Source: Octopus sinensis | Lineage: Eukaryota | Assembly (NCBI RefSeq): GCF_006345805.1 | Contig: NC_043026.1 | Span: 1,488,001-1,552,000, forward strand | Direction: 5' to 3' | DNA: 64,000 bases | Part shown: positions 38,818 through 52,009 of the stretch, piece after piece | How the letters are laid out: every line of letters starts with the position of its first letter | Position numbering within the stretch: position 1 is the first letter of the stretch | The notes under the pieces: generated by a model | The model's database searches: none | What the model was told of the DNA's origin: nothing | What the model saw: the letters and a program-made list of their open reading frames with translations, nothing else | Made by a program: the position numbers and the translations under genes

Positions 38818-39290
38818 GTAGTGACGCTATCCAACAGCGCGCGCGCGCAACGCCCTCTCGCGCATACGCGAAGACCGGAAGAGAGAATTTGCTGTCGTGG
38901 CATTAGTTGAATGGCAGGGAAAAAGCGAGCTTTAACAAAGAGGCAAGGGAGCATAAAACGTTGACCACCAGCGTCCAGTAGGCAGTGACTTGAGGCACAG
39001 CAAACGAAGGCACCAGACGTGTAATTCTCTCTCTCTCCGGATTTGATATAGCAGCAGTCAGCAGAAGACTTTCAACCTGACATTTGTTGCAGACCACATC
39101 ATCTTCTCCCTCCGGACGCCATTTTGACCAGTTCTGGTTTTAGCGGCTGAACATTGTAAAATCTTACAAGCGATAAAGTTTCAGCTCTGACACATCCATA
39201 CCAAGCGGAACCAGATATACCACTTATTTCTTACCGTTATAAGAGAATAAAGTATATATATTTTTTACGTTTGCGTCTTGTTGTTTCTGA
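38818..39290. other. CpG-rich island in a flotillin intron (solo-LTR-like or promoter-like)
   Basis: (CG)5 run, CCGGAAG, CGCCATTTT, GCATAAAA and AATAAA. Begins TGTAGTG. No TSD found. Confidence 0.4.
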
Positions 39291-40342
39291 CTGGTAGAAT
39301 CTGGAAACAAAAGGAAAGGAAATTGAGTTGCACCCAAGTTGCACCCCAAAAGTGCAAAGAAGCAACTAGTGACCTTTTACAAGTCAATTATATGACCATG
39401 GCAGGATTTGATCTCTGGCTGAAAACAGCAGCAATATCATATGATGTCTTTTATATGAATAGCAACAAGAATACTAACATTAACTACTAGGAACCTCTAC
39501 ATGGTTGCTAAACCAGCTAGAAATAGCAGCAAATCTCTCTCAAATTACCCCTTACTATTTTGTATATGTATGAATCAATGAGAGAGACTTTGACTTTGTA
39601 GATAGACTTATCTATGAGTCAACAAAGAAGCTTTGACAATCTCTCGGCCACAAATCAGAACCCAGGTTTGTCAACATGAATGCATTGAACAAGGTAGTTC
39701 CTGACATGTATAAAAAACAACTGGGAAAGTCAAAGTTGGAATCCCTTTGCTCATAAATCTACTTGATGAAGGCCAGCTAAGAGGTAAATAGCAACACTTT
39801 TAACCACATCATAGTTATCATCAACAGGACACACAACGATGACAATCTAGAGCCACGAGTACAAACATGACATTAACTTTTAATATCCCACCAAAAAAAA
39901 AAAAGAAAGAAAAAACAAGAGCGATAGAGGAAGTATTAATACCTAAAGGCAGAACAATCACCACATCAAAGTGGATGTTGCATTAGAACACACAAATACT
40001 GTGATATTTGCTGAGAGAGAAAACTCTCATATGGTTATTTCATAGCTAACATCAATACTGCTCAGACTAAACTAGTCAAAGGCCCAGTCCTGTAACGATT
40101 TTCATACAGAACAGAAAAAAAATGATAAAAGGGATTAGAGTGTTCTCCTTTTATAGTAGAAAGGGGCCAACTGCCTTCAAAATAAAGGTAAACAAAATTA
40201 GTTGTAGGATTCTTGTGATATTATACATTTCAGGGCTGACTGGCCAATGCAGTCCCATGTCTTACATGAAGTCAATAGTCAAAACAGTCTTAACCACAAA
40301 AAGCTATCGAAGTAATCATAAAAATTTTTTTTTTTTAATTAG

Positions 40343-40700
40343 CAGGCATGGCTGTGTGGTAAGAAGCTTGCTTCTCAATCACATGGTTCCAGGTTCAATC
40401 CCACAGTTCAGCACCTCACGTAAGCTAAAACCTTGTGAGTGGATTTGGTCAATGGAAACTGAAAGAAACCTGTTTATGTGTGTGTGTATCTGTGTATGTG
40501 TCTGTTCCCCACCAGTGCTTGACAAATGGTGTTGGTGTGTTTACATTCCCATAACTTAGCAGTTAAAACAAGACTGATTGAATAAGTATCAGGCTTTAAA
40601 AAAATTCTTGAAAGTATTGGGGTTTGATTCATTCAAAAAAAGTGTTTTTCAAGGTGGTGCCCCAACATGGCCACAGTCTAACGACTGAAACAAATATAAC
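40343..40700 (+). repeat. tRNA-derived SINE
   Basis: CAGGCATGGCTGTGTGGTAAGAAGCTTGCTTC..GGTTCAATCCC ... CCCAACATGGCCACAGTCTAACGACTGAAAC. Confidence 0.8.
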
Positions 40701-40775
40701 AAACAAAAACAAGATGAAAAAGGGACACAGCAAAAGCACCAAGTTGCATCCAGTTCTGTCACCATGACGACTTAC

Positions 40776-40919
40776 CTTAGATATATCGACACCAGTCAGA
40801 GCACTGACTGCAGGTGGCAGCTGGCTGATAAGACGTGACACCTCTCCCGACGCCTTGTCATCACCCAACAGGACAATTTCTTCAGTCTTCGACAGTGGAG
40901 CTGACACTTCGGCTGCAAC
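40776..40919 (-). CDS. FLOT2: flotillin-2 exon (VAAEVSAPLSKTEEIVLLG...ALTGVDISK)
   Basis: 144 nt, phase 0-0, ccAG / GTAAGT. Matches the flotillin-2 C-terminal region. Confidence 0.95.
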
Positions 40920-42072
40920 CTGGACACACACACACACGTGTACGTATGGTGGTGGTGGTGGTGGTGGTGGTGGTGGTGAGTGGAGAAAAGACACAAATTA
41001 GTTTATACATGAGCAGAGGAAATGATAATGTTTCATAAAACAATAAAGTTTCAGGAGGGAGAGAGGAAGGAAGAGAGGCAAAAATAAAGGGACCTTCTGT
41101 TGGTTTTCACACTAAGCATTCCAGTTGCTTAACCCTGAAATGGCAAGAAAGGCTTACATGTGCATGCCAAACAGACAAAAATTAAAAATGTCTTTTTCTT
41201 AAGGATAATTTTTATACATATTTTCACTTTAAATAGGTACAAAAGCTATAAAAATTTACATAGTGCTGTAAAATATTCACTTTCTTTTGCATAGCCAGTA
41301 CGAGTATAAATCTATTTGTGATTCCTGCATTGTTATTGTTAAACAAATGTACAAATAGAGAGAAATCAGTGCACTTTTCCCATCCGAAGCTGGTTAAAGC
41401 ATCACTTTCTTTTGTGCTGTCTAAAACATCATCATCATCATCTACCTCATCTAATGATGAAGGAAAGTCAGAAAAAAATAGGTGCATAGACCGAATACCG
41501 AGATAGAATCAGCAATGGAAAGGTCCATTTAACAGGCTTCCATACAGTTTCTGTCTACCCAATTTAATCTACAAGGCTTGGAGCAACATGAGGGGCTATT
41601 GTAAAAGAAAAAAAAATACTCAAAGTGGCATGAAGTGGGATCAATCTTCAAATTTCCTGATTGTGAACTGAACCATTTGAACAGGTTTATATCAGAAGCA
41701 AGAAGAGAAAAACGAGAGAGGTTGAGGGAGACAGACAGACACAGAGGGAGGGAAGAGAGACAGAGAGGGAGGAGAAGAGACTGACACAGAGGGAGGGAGA
41801 GGAAGAGACAAAGAGGAAGGGAAGACACTAAAAGGGAGGGTGTGGAGATAGACAAGGAGGGAGAGAGAGAGATAATGAAAGGATATATATAAAAATATAT
41901 ATATATATATATATAAATGAAAAATTGTATAAACAAATGACAATGTTTACTGAATGTCAAAACAAACAGGGGACAAGCAGAGAGTACATAATTCTTCATC
42001 AGTTATCGACCAATGGTACTCTTCAGTATCGCATCTTTAATGAGAAAGAGATTGAATGCTTCCCAATTGGTG

Positions 42073-42183
42073 GTATATATATATGTATATATATATATGT
42101 ATATATGTATGTATATGTATATATATATATATATATGTATATGTATATATGTATATATGTGTATATATATATATATATATATG

Positions 42184-42223
<40 letters not shown>

Positions 42224-42298
42224 ATATATATATGTATATATATATTATATGTATATATATATATATATATATAGTATATATATATATATATATATATG

Positions 42299-42341
<43 letters not shown>

Positions 42342-42409
42342 ATGTATATATATATATATATATGTATGTATATATATATATATGTTGTATATATATATAT
42401 ATATGTATG

Positions 42410-42463
<54 letters not shown>

Positions 42464-42476
42464 GTATATAATATAT

Positions 42477-42517
<41 letters not shown>

Positions 42518-42843
42518 TATATGTATGTATATATATATATATGTATGTATATATATATATATATGTATGTATTATATATATATATATATATATTGTATGT
42601 ATATATATATGTATGTATATATATATATATGTATGTATATATATATATATGTATGTATAATATATATATATATATGTATTATATATATATATGTATGTAT
42701 ATATATATATATGTATGTATGTATATATATATATGTATGTATATATATATGTATGTATATATATATATGTATGTATATATATATATATATATGTATGTAT
42801 ATATATATATATATGTATGTATATATATATGTATGTATGTATA

Positions 42844-42879
<36 letters not shown>

Positions 42880-42880
42880 T
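42073..42880. repeat. ~800-bp (TA)n/(TATG)n microsatellite
   Basis: Direct inspection. Similar arrays at ~10470-10750, 13250-13545, 28350-28660 and 56150-56405. Confidence 0.95.
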
Positions 42881-43009
42881 GGAGTCTCTTAGCGCGCCGG
42901 AACCAAGACATTTGAAATTTTATTCCCGATGTAATCAGTAAGACTAAGCACGTGTCTGTCTTGACACAGGGGGCTGGGGTTAGTCTTGCGGTTTGCATCT
43001 CGAGGACCG

Positions 43010-43085
43010 AATGTACTGAAGAAGTCACGGACACTTGAATTATGCAAGTAATTCTTTTGTTAAGACCGAAACCGAGGTATGCATT
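43010..43085 (+). ncRNA. type I hammerhead ribozyme candidate in a ~360-bp (TA)n-flanked element (42881-43242)
   Basis: Stem I AATGTA/TGCATT; CTGAAGA 43016-22; stem II AGTC/GACC (first pair A-C); GAAA 43068-71; stem III AC-cgag-GT; GTA triplet 43077-79. Confidence 0.55.
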
Positions 43086-43265
43086 TAAGTCTGTTTTTTA
43101 TTTAATTTTTCATATGTCCTGCCCGCCAAATTTGGTTCTGGTGTTCGCTGAATTCTTCCTCTAGAGAATTTCCCTTGTAGTTTGATCGTTGATGATCTAT
43201 TTCTAGCATTCTGGCCGGCTACCTAGCAGGCCAGCCCTGCCAATATATACATATATATATATATA

Positions 43266-44640
43266 TTTGCTGCCTGACACCCAACATGGTTTCCGATCAA
43301 GAAGAAGCTGCTTAACTCAGCTCCTACAACACTATGACTGGGTGCTGAAACGACTGCTCAACCACTCAAATGTGGAAGTGATATATCTCGACTTTGCAAA
43401 GGCCTTTGATGAAGTCGATCATGGAATGATATGTCACAAACTGCGTGATCTTGGCATAGTTGGAAAATTGGGAGAATAGCTTCATGACTTTCTGAAGGAT
43501 AGAAGTCAGGTGGTAGTAGCTTCCATTCCACTTCCATTAACACACAAGTAGTGAGCGGTGTTCCGCAAGGCACTGTTTTGGGACCGCTACTGTTCATAAT
43601 GGCCCTCTCAGACATGCCCTCAGCCACGCAGAGAGCCACGATCACAAGTTATGCAGATGATACAAAAGTTTCACAGGCAATACAGAACCCTGAAGACACT
43701 ATGCACCTGCAATGTGAGCTGAACAAAATATACAAGTGGGCTGAAAAGAATAGCATGCAGTTCAATGCTGAAAAGTTTCAAGCTTTATGCTATCAGCATG
43801 CAAAACTGAATGCAATACCCAATGAATACACTGGACCCGGAGGAATTGCAATCCCAGAGGCACAATCAGTGCGAGACCTGGGTATTCACATGAGTGATGA
43901 TGCAACCTTTCATGTGCATGTTGCTAAATTGGCAATGAAATGTAGGCGGCTGACCTGATGGATTCTTAGAACCTTTAGAACAAGAGACCAGGAAATCATG
44001 ATGGTCCTTTGGAGGACACTTGTCCTAAGCCACTTTGACTATTGCTCTCAGCTATGGTCACCATCCAGTGTCAAGTTAATCACAGAACTTGAGGCGATCC
44101 AATGAAGCTGCACGAAGAAGATAGCCTCTGTGCAGCATATAAGCTATTGGGAAAGACTCAAGAGATTGAGACTCTATTCCTTAGAGCGTAGGTGAGAAAG
44201 ATATGCCATGATATACATCTGGAAGATCCTAGAAAGACTTGTCCCAAACTTTGGCATCGAGAGTTACACAAATGCCAGAACTGGGTGCCACTGCATAGTG
44301 CCAAAGACTCCAAATTTGCCATCAAGATGTAGGACAAGATACTGTGATAGCCTGGGCTTCTGAGGCCCACAGCTCTTCAATATCCTCCCGAAGAAACTCG
44401 GAGACCTGCATGGGGTGGATGCAGATGTCTTTGAAATAAAACTGGATCTCTTCTTGTCAGGTGTCCCAGATGAACCAACTTCACGGCAAGAGGTGCAGAT
44501 GAGGGCAGCTGCATCGAACTCTCTCATGCACCAAATGGCAATTGCTAAAAAGCATTTGTGAAGTAAAATCATGTAGCAACACCAAATGGCGGTGCCCCAG
44601 CATGGCCACAGCTTGTGAGCTGAAACTAGATAAAATAAAT
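43266..44640 (+). mobile_element. 5'-truncated CR1-group LINE (RT to 3' tail), decayed
   Basis: QHGFRSRRSCLTQL, YLDFAKAFD, SGVPQGTVLGPLLF, YADDTK and VRDLGI. Ends in a GGCGGTGCCCCAGCATGGCCACAG..CTGAAACTAGATAAAATAAAT tail. Confidence 0.92.
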
Positions 44641-44653
44641 AAAATAAAAAATA

Positions 44654-44712
<59 letters not shown>

Positions 44713-45445
44713 AAAAGTAAAAATATATACAAACTGGGACAAGAACGTGAAACACCTAGAAGACGACACAAAAACCACAGGACGGGACATTCGAAGCCCT
44801 CAGTCATCACTCAAGAACCGGATCATTTCGCGCTTTAACACGACTGTCCATTCAAGCAAACTCTACTGTGAATTTTTAACCCCAAGAGGACATCTCCTCT
44901 TGCTACTTATGCATCTAGCTAGAGGAAATGTCCCATTGGAGTTCCAAAAATCATAGTAGTTCATTTGAATGGACAGCCCTGTTGAAGTGGCTATGGATAT
45001 TACTTGAGAGTACAACTACTGCATTGATCTCTGAGAGAGATTTTAGAACTAACATTTTTGCTAGTTTTATATAAATATATATACATATATAAGGAGAAAA
45101 ACAACTGGTTTTCAATCTCAGAGTAAGAGAGATGCAGTAACAGTACCAAATAGTAAAGTTTATTTGCCAACATAATGTGGCAGTCCCATACAAGGTAGAT
45201 GTTACTGTTTTTTAGCCTCAGGAAAACATCTTTTCCAATTGGCTGCTGACACAGTTTGTGCCCATATAGCATAAGCAAGGGAGGTCATCACTCCCTTCTG
45301 TAGCTTTACGTGATACTCACAGACCTAGATTTGAGTAGTTTCTCATCCATGGTGCGAAGCAATCACTGGCTAGTGATGGGGGCTCACTCAACTTGCTAAT
45401 ACTATATATTTTTTAAGCAACACACAGTCGCTGATCTCATATATA

Positions 45446-46400
45446 CGAGGGGCGTTCAATAAGTAATGTCCCTGACCCACTTCCCATAGCAATAGAGCAA
45501 CGAAACTTGGCACAGTTATTAGTCTTTTTCTACATAGGAACCACCCAGAGTTACGTATTTCTCCCATCGTTTGATGCGGCTCTGGAGACCGTTTTTGTAG
45601 AAGAACCCAGCTTGGTCCTCCAACCTCAACGTGACTTCAGAAATCAAGGCTGCATCATCTGGGAAACGCTTTCCTTTCAAAAACAACTTCATGACTGGGA
45701 AGAGGTGAAAATCAGAGGGTGCAAGGTCAGGAAAGTAGGGGGATGGGGGAGGAGTTCATAGCCATACGCCTGTGCTTCTGATCTGGCAACAAGCAAGTTG
45801 TGGACCGGAGCGTTGTCCTGCAGGAGGAGGATGCCTTTGCTGATCTTGCCCCGCCTCTTGATTTTGATAACTTCTCTTAATTTCCTCAAAAGTGAAGCAT
45901 AATAGGCTCCTGCAATTGTGGTACCCTTTGCCAGGAAATCTGTCATCACTACTCCGTCCTGGTCCCAGAAGACTGTGAGCATGACCTTGCCAGCAGAGGG
46001 CTGCACCCTTGCCTTCTTTGGAGGGGGTGAGTCACGGTGCTTCCACTGCATTGACTGGGCTTTGGTCTCTGGATCATCATGATGGACCCAGGTTTCATCC
46101 TGTGTAATCAGTCTTTTGAAAAATTTTGACTCATCTTCTTGGCACATCTCCAAATTCACCCTCAAGCACTCGACGCGTTCTTGCTTCTGGAAAGGCGTGA
46201 GCAACCTGGGAATCCATCTGGCAGACACCTTTTGCATATGCAAATGGTCATGAATGATAGTTTCCACAGACCCGGTACTAATCTTGACCTCATGGGCTAT
46301 TTGGCGAATACTTATGTGTCGATCTTCCAAAATGGCAGCCTCAACTTGACGGACAGATGCCTCATCAATGGCAGAAGGGGGCGACCAGATCTGGGAGCTG
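45446..46400 (-). mobile_element. mariner (DD34D-type) element, 5'-truncated
   Basis: WIPRLLT, ITQDETWVHH, MLTVFWD, LQDNAPVH and HPP. TIR CGAGGGGCGTTCAATAAGTAATG next to TA at 45444-45445. Confidence 0.9.
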
Positions 46401-46957
46401 TTTCCACAGTCTGTTCCATGCCGGCAGTCTGTTCCATGCTTCAGCAACTCTCAGCATGAAAAAATGTTTCCGAAAGTCATGGGAGCTGTGCTGTTTTCTG
46501 ACTTTGTAAACATGTCCACGGGTGTTAGACGGGTGGAGTTTGAAAAGGTGCTCAGAGTTATTGTTTGTAAGATAGTTAATAATTTTATGGGTGTCTGCCA
46601 AGTCAGCTGCCAGACATCAGAGTTTCAATGTATCCATGCCCAGGGAAGTAAGGCGTTCAGAATATGGCAAATGCCTGATGGAGGGTATTCTCTTGGTTGC
46701 ACGTCGCTGAACGGCTTCCAGACGATTAATATCCCGAGCAAGATAAGGGTTCCAGACCGGTGATGCATATTCCAGGTGATGTCGCACCATAGCTATATAA
46801 AGCCGCAGATAGATAGCCGGAGAGTGGCTCACAAAGGTCTTGGTGAGTGATGCCAAGACACCCTCAGCCTTCTTGGCAATTTTAGCAATGTGTTTTGTCC
46901 AACGCAAATTGCTGTCGACAATAATGCCCAGGTCACGTTCCCAAGAAGACTTTTTGA
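46401..46957 (-). mobile_element. CR1/L2-like LINE 3' RT fragment abutting the mariner
   Basis: ERDLGIIVDS, HLEYASPVWNP, LEAVQRRATK, TRGHVYK and RVAEAWNRLP. Confidence 0.85.
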
Positions 46958-47148
46958 GATTAGTGTTATACTATTTGGGAACAAACTGTATGTCGGTTAC
47001 CAACAGGAAAACATGTTTTCCTGGGGCTAAAAAACAGTAACATTGTCCTTGTTATACTATGTTAGCAAATAAACTGTACTGCATATATACTTATAAAATG
47101 AGCAAAACAGAAGGTTCACTGGTGCCAGTTGCCATCTGCCAAACTTAC

Positions 47149-47332
47149 CTTTGGAAGTGTCTCCAACATCAGGTTCAATATAGCAGCCTTGCTATACAGC
47201 TTGAATGCTTCCGACTTCAACACCATCTCTTCTGCCTGTGAGTTACCAACTGCCTCAATAGCTTTAGCTTCAGCTTCTCCAATTAGTTTTATCCTTTGTG
47301 CTTCAGCTTCGGCAGCCATCATTGTCTGTGTC
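47149..47332 (-). CDS. FLOT2: flotillin-2 exon (TQTMMAAEAEAQRIKLIGEAEA...LETLPK)
   Basis: 184 nt, phase 2-0, tttgcAG / GTAAGT. Encodes the EA-rich flotillin coiled coil. Confidence 0.95.
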
Positions 47333-50100
47333 CTGCAAACAAAGAAGAATTGATCAGTGACTTTCTTACGTGTTGTAAGTTTGTGTTGTGCAACTGTAAG
47401 GATTTTGCTGCGTCACACAAATAATTACTCAGCCACAAATCGAGCTCCACTCCTGTCATCAATAAACATGGATGCATTGAACCAAATAATTGCTGACATA
47501 CAAAACATTTAGGAAAGGTTGGAATGGCTCGGATTACAATTTTCTTTTCTTTTTTTTTGTCTTTGGTCAGGAAGTGGAATTTCCTATTTGCTTCTGTCTA
47601 GAAATCAAAGGAAATTTACTGCTATTCCCTTCAAACTTTGCTTCCATGACCTGGACGTTAATGTTTTGAAACTGACCTATTTTCCATTACATTTCAGACA
47701 GATTCAGTGCTGAGTTGCTGAAGCAGAAATATCGTTATAGCCATTAGTCTGCCCAGTATGACAGATTTGCTGGTCAGTTGCTTGACCATAACCACTTGAG
47801 CATGACCCTTAGTAGTTGACAATATGTGTATCTCTGATGATGTGCAGGAGTAGTGGTGGAGCATGATAACCATTTGTTGAGAGTTTGGGGTTTGAATAAA
47901 TGTAACAAAAGCAAAGTCTGAAGGAAATATGAACCCTTTTCATACTTTGTAGGGGTCAGCAAACAGGAAATAACAGTCAAGGACAAAATTCGTGTTACCC
48001 AGTGCCATAGGTTATAATTGTGCTGTGTTGTGTAATCGGTCTGTTGCATTGCACAGTGCAAACAGCACATTCTGTTTATCCTCATAATTTAATATCTGTT
48101 TTCCATGTTGGCAAAGGTTAGATGCTTCAACAGGAGTTGGCCAGTCAGACAACTGCACCAAGCCTTGCTACCAGCTTTGGCATGGTTGGATGTCCTTCTG
48201 AATGCCAAACATTACAGAACGTACAGGGTGCTCTTTACATAGCACCAACAGCAGTGAGATCATGAAATAACTTGAAAGACAAAGACTCAGCTGAGAGGGG
48301 AAGCAATATTGAGCTCCAGAAGAAGAAGGCCTGCATTAGAAAGGAAGCATGGTTACCTCAGGTGCATAAACATTCAGATGTCTATCGAATTGTGGTGCAC
48401 CAAGGTTTTAAGTTTTTAGTATTCAGATTTCTCTATTCACATTATTTTGAATTATTCAGGCATTGTCTTAGAGTTTTAAGATTTCAATGATGCAATTGTA
48501 TATTTTGAAAATGACATTGTAGGATAGGTGTGAGATGCCAGATCTGGTCAGTTTAACTATCAAACAGGTAGAATATTTGGGCCAGATATGACCTGTTTAA
48601 ATGCTAAAGGGTTAATGTGTGTCCTGTTGGGGCAGTGATTAACTATCTTCATTCTTCTGACAGCTATTTTCTCACTCATCTCACGTACCCTACTGCCACC
48701 CTTATATAGATGCTAGTCACTTACTTATTATATTTCATGTTAAATACTGAACACAGCATTCTGGTGTAGCAACCATCCAGCATCCATTATTCTCAGCCAT
48801 AGAGTAGAACAGACTCTACAATTGCATAGAAGCTGAAATTGATATGTTGGTGGAGGGTCAAGTTGCACATGTTGGCCATGCTGGTCAGAGTTTTCTCAAG
48901 TGACTTTTACATTTTGAGGGCTTGCTTGGGCAACTTCACCCAGAAATTCAAACATCTGAAGTAGAGGTAGATGGTCCAGAAGGATAATTATGCTAGTGGC
49001 ACTTTACTGGTACGCTTTTATGCAGCACGTGTCCCTAGGCACTCCCTGTCCCATCTTGTCTACACACAAAAGTTGGTTTTGCAATCATCTCAAATGCAAC
49101 TACATTAAGTGAACATCCTATCATAATGGCCACAAGTTGACACCAACCCTGCTGAATTTCTGTTCTTTCACTGGTTTCAATCAGTGGCCTGCAGCCATGC
49201 TTAGCTCCTACCTCAAAAGGCTTTTAACCAATTACACAGACCTCCCCCCCCCGCGCCTCCACCACAACCAAACTCAACACTTAGTTGGTACTCATTCAGC
49301 TCTATCGGATACCAAAATACAACGGAGTTACGGCCCTTCTATCAAATTCATTTCTTGCACGTGCTTAGGCTTTCCTAAGAACTTGGGGCTAAAATAATAC
49401 AAAACATTTACAGCACTTCTCGCATCGTATCAATTTACACAAGAACACATATCAGGTTATCTTTGCATGTCTGAAAATTCCAGGATCATTAGTTATTGAT
49501 TATGATTTAGAACGTCATTGAAGAAAACGGTTTTTGAAGCTACACACAAACTAAAAAGGCAGAAGTTGCTCCGTGTCAGTTCGAAAAAAAACTCAACATT
49601 GAATATTGCAGCAAGGTTATTTCTTTTCTATAATGATAATCAATTCCAGACTAGAGGAGATACTCCGTCAGTTACGACGACGAGTGTTCCAATTGATCCA
49701 ATCACCGGATCAGCCTGCTTCATGAAATTAATGCCAAAGTGGTTGAGAGCACCCCACAGGAAGGCATTCAGATTACTTTGTGAAATGTAATGCTTATTTA
49801 TTTCACATTATTTTATTTATATTTGTTTGTCAGTTGCTTGACCATAACCGCTTGACCACATAGTTCTCAGCAGGATTCAGCATAACACAGAGCGTGACAA
49901 GGCTGGGCCTTTGAAATGTAGGTACTCCTCATTTTTGCCAGCTGAGTGGACTGCAACAATGCAGTATGTGGTTGAAAAACACACACACGATCAGCTTCTA
50001 TACGGTCTCCACTTCTCAAATTTCACTCATGAAGCATTGCCAATCCAACAAGTAAAGATGTTCTTGCTCAAAGTGCCATGCACTAGATGGTTGAGAAATA

Positions 50101-51361
50101 TCAGGTCATCCCATAAGTTCTGTCCGATTTTACCTTTTTGAAAATTGAATGAAATTTAATAGTATTTTTACAATATCTAATGGAATTAGAAATTACTTTT
50201 ATGCATTTGTGTACATTTAAACTAATTAAATATTATTTTACAGAATAATAGAATTAAAATTTTTAATTGATTAAAACCCTTTCTAACATGGAAGTATCCA
50301 AAGAGAATTTGAAGCATATAATGCTTTATGAGTACAAAAAAAGGGAATTCTGCAACCGAAGTGACTCGAAACATGCACTCAGTTTATGGGAAAGAATGCT
50401 TGAATGAAAGAACTTGCAGAAGATGGTTTGCGAAATTCAGAAGTGGAGATTTCAGCCTTGAAGATGAAGATCGGACAGGACGTCCAGTTCAGTTTGATGA
50501 TGAGCTCCTTGAGGCATTACTTGAAGAAAATCCTGCATTATCAATTGAAGAATTGGCAATAAAGCTTAGTTCAAATCATACAACTGTTCATCGTCTTCAA
50601 CAACTTGGAAAGGTTCCTAAACTTGGAAAATGGGTGCCTCATGAATTGTCTGAAAACAACCACAAATCCAGAGTTGACATCTGCTCTTCTCTCCATTCTT
50701 GAACTCATTTCACCCTTTCTGGATAGACTTGCAATGAAAAATGGATCTTCTATTAAAATGTTAAACATCGTAAACAGTGGCTTGGTAAAAGGAAAAAAGC
50801 TCAATCACAACTGAGAAAGGAACTTCATAGGAAAAAAGTCCTCTCTATCTGGTGGGATTGCAAAGGAGTAATTCACTTTGAATTGTTACCACCTAATGCA
50901 ACAATCAATGTTCAAATCTACTGTCAGCAATTAGAGCGTGTGAACCAAGCTTTGAAGAAAGAAAGACCTGCTTTAGTGAATTGAAAAGGAGTGATGTTTC
51001 ATCAGGACAATGCGTGACCCCCACTGCAAAGATCACATCACAAAAGATCAAAGAACTTGTTTGGGAAAAAAATTCCTCATCCACCTTATTCTCCCGACCT
51101 TACTCCGTCAGACTACCATTTGTTTCGTAGTTTACAGAATCATTTGGGGGACATAACTTTCGCAAGCTAGGAGGAGGTCGAAACTGACATTTCAGAGTTC
51201 TTCGCTTTGAAACCATAAGAGTTTTATATTGATGGGATCAATGGAGGGAAGTCATAGATAATCAGGGAAAGTACATTGATGATTAAATTTCAATTAACTA
51301 TAACATTTGATCACATGTTTTCTTTATTCAAAATTTGGACAGAACTTATGGGATGACCTGA
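50101..51361 (+). mobile_element. full-length decayed mariner (DD34D-type)
   Basis: Perfect 25-bp TIRs TCAGGTCATCCCATAAGTTCTGTCC with TA on both sides. WFAKFRSGDFSLED, WVPHEL, HQDNA and HPPYSPDLTPSDYHLF. Confidence 0.95.
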
Positions 51362-51911
51362 TACATACACGTACACACACAACAGATTCCTCTACAGTTA
51401 CCATCTGCCAAATTTTACTCTAAAGGTGTTGAACAAGCCAAAGCTATGTTAGCAAATGACACTTGCCAAACGGTGCAGTGGAGGTTTGAACCAAGAACTG
51501 ACTTCTTAACAACACACTTGACTTGATCTTCGACATGGTTGAGCAACCAGCCCCAACTAGTCAAGATTTACAGTACTATTCATCCTTTTGTGGCTTGCAA
51601 TACCTCCATTCAGGTGGTTTACTTGAGTCACCCTCTCACGAGATCATCCTTTCAATTCCCTGACCAGATGGTGTGTTGTGTTCTTGAGCAAAACACTTCA
51701 TTTCCCATCGCTCCAGTCCAATCAGTTGTGAAACCACACACACACACACATATATATATACACACAGCCAATGCAAGTTTTAAAAGAATTTGAAGTTTTC
51801 TCTAAGGAAGACATGGAGACACAAATATATACATATATGTGTGTGTGTGTATATATATAGTCAGAATTTACAAAAAAAATATGTATGTATGTATATATAT
51901 ATATATAATAT

Positions 51912-51992
<81 letters not shown>

Positions 51993-52009
51993 CATAGATG
52001 TATGGGCAG

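Noticed and set aside
42003-43034. Long IY/YI-rich ORFs (also ~10400-10900, 13250-13660, 25400-28800, 55950-56500)
   Set aside because: These are translations of (TA)n/(TATG)n/(CA)n microsatellites.
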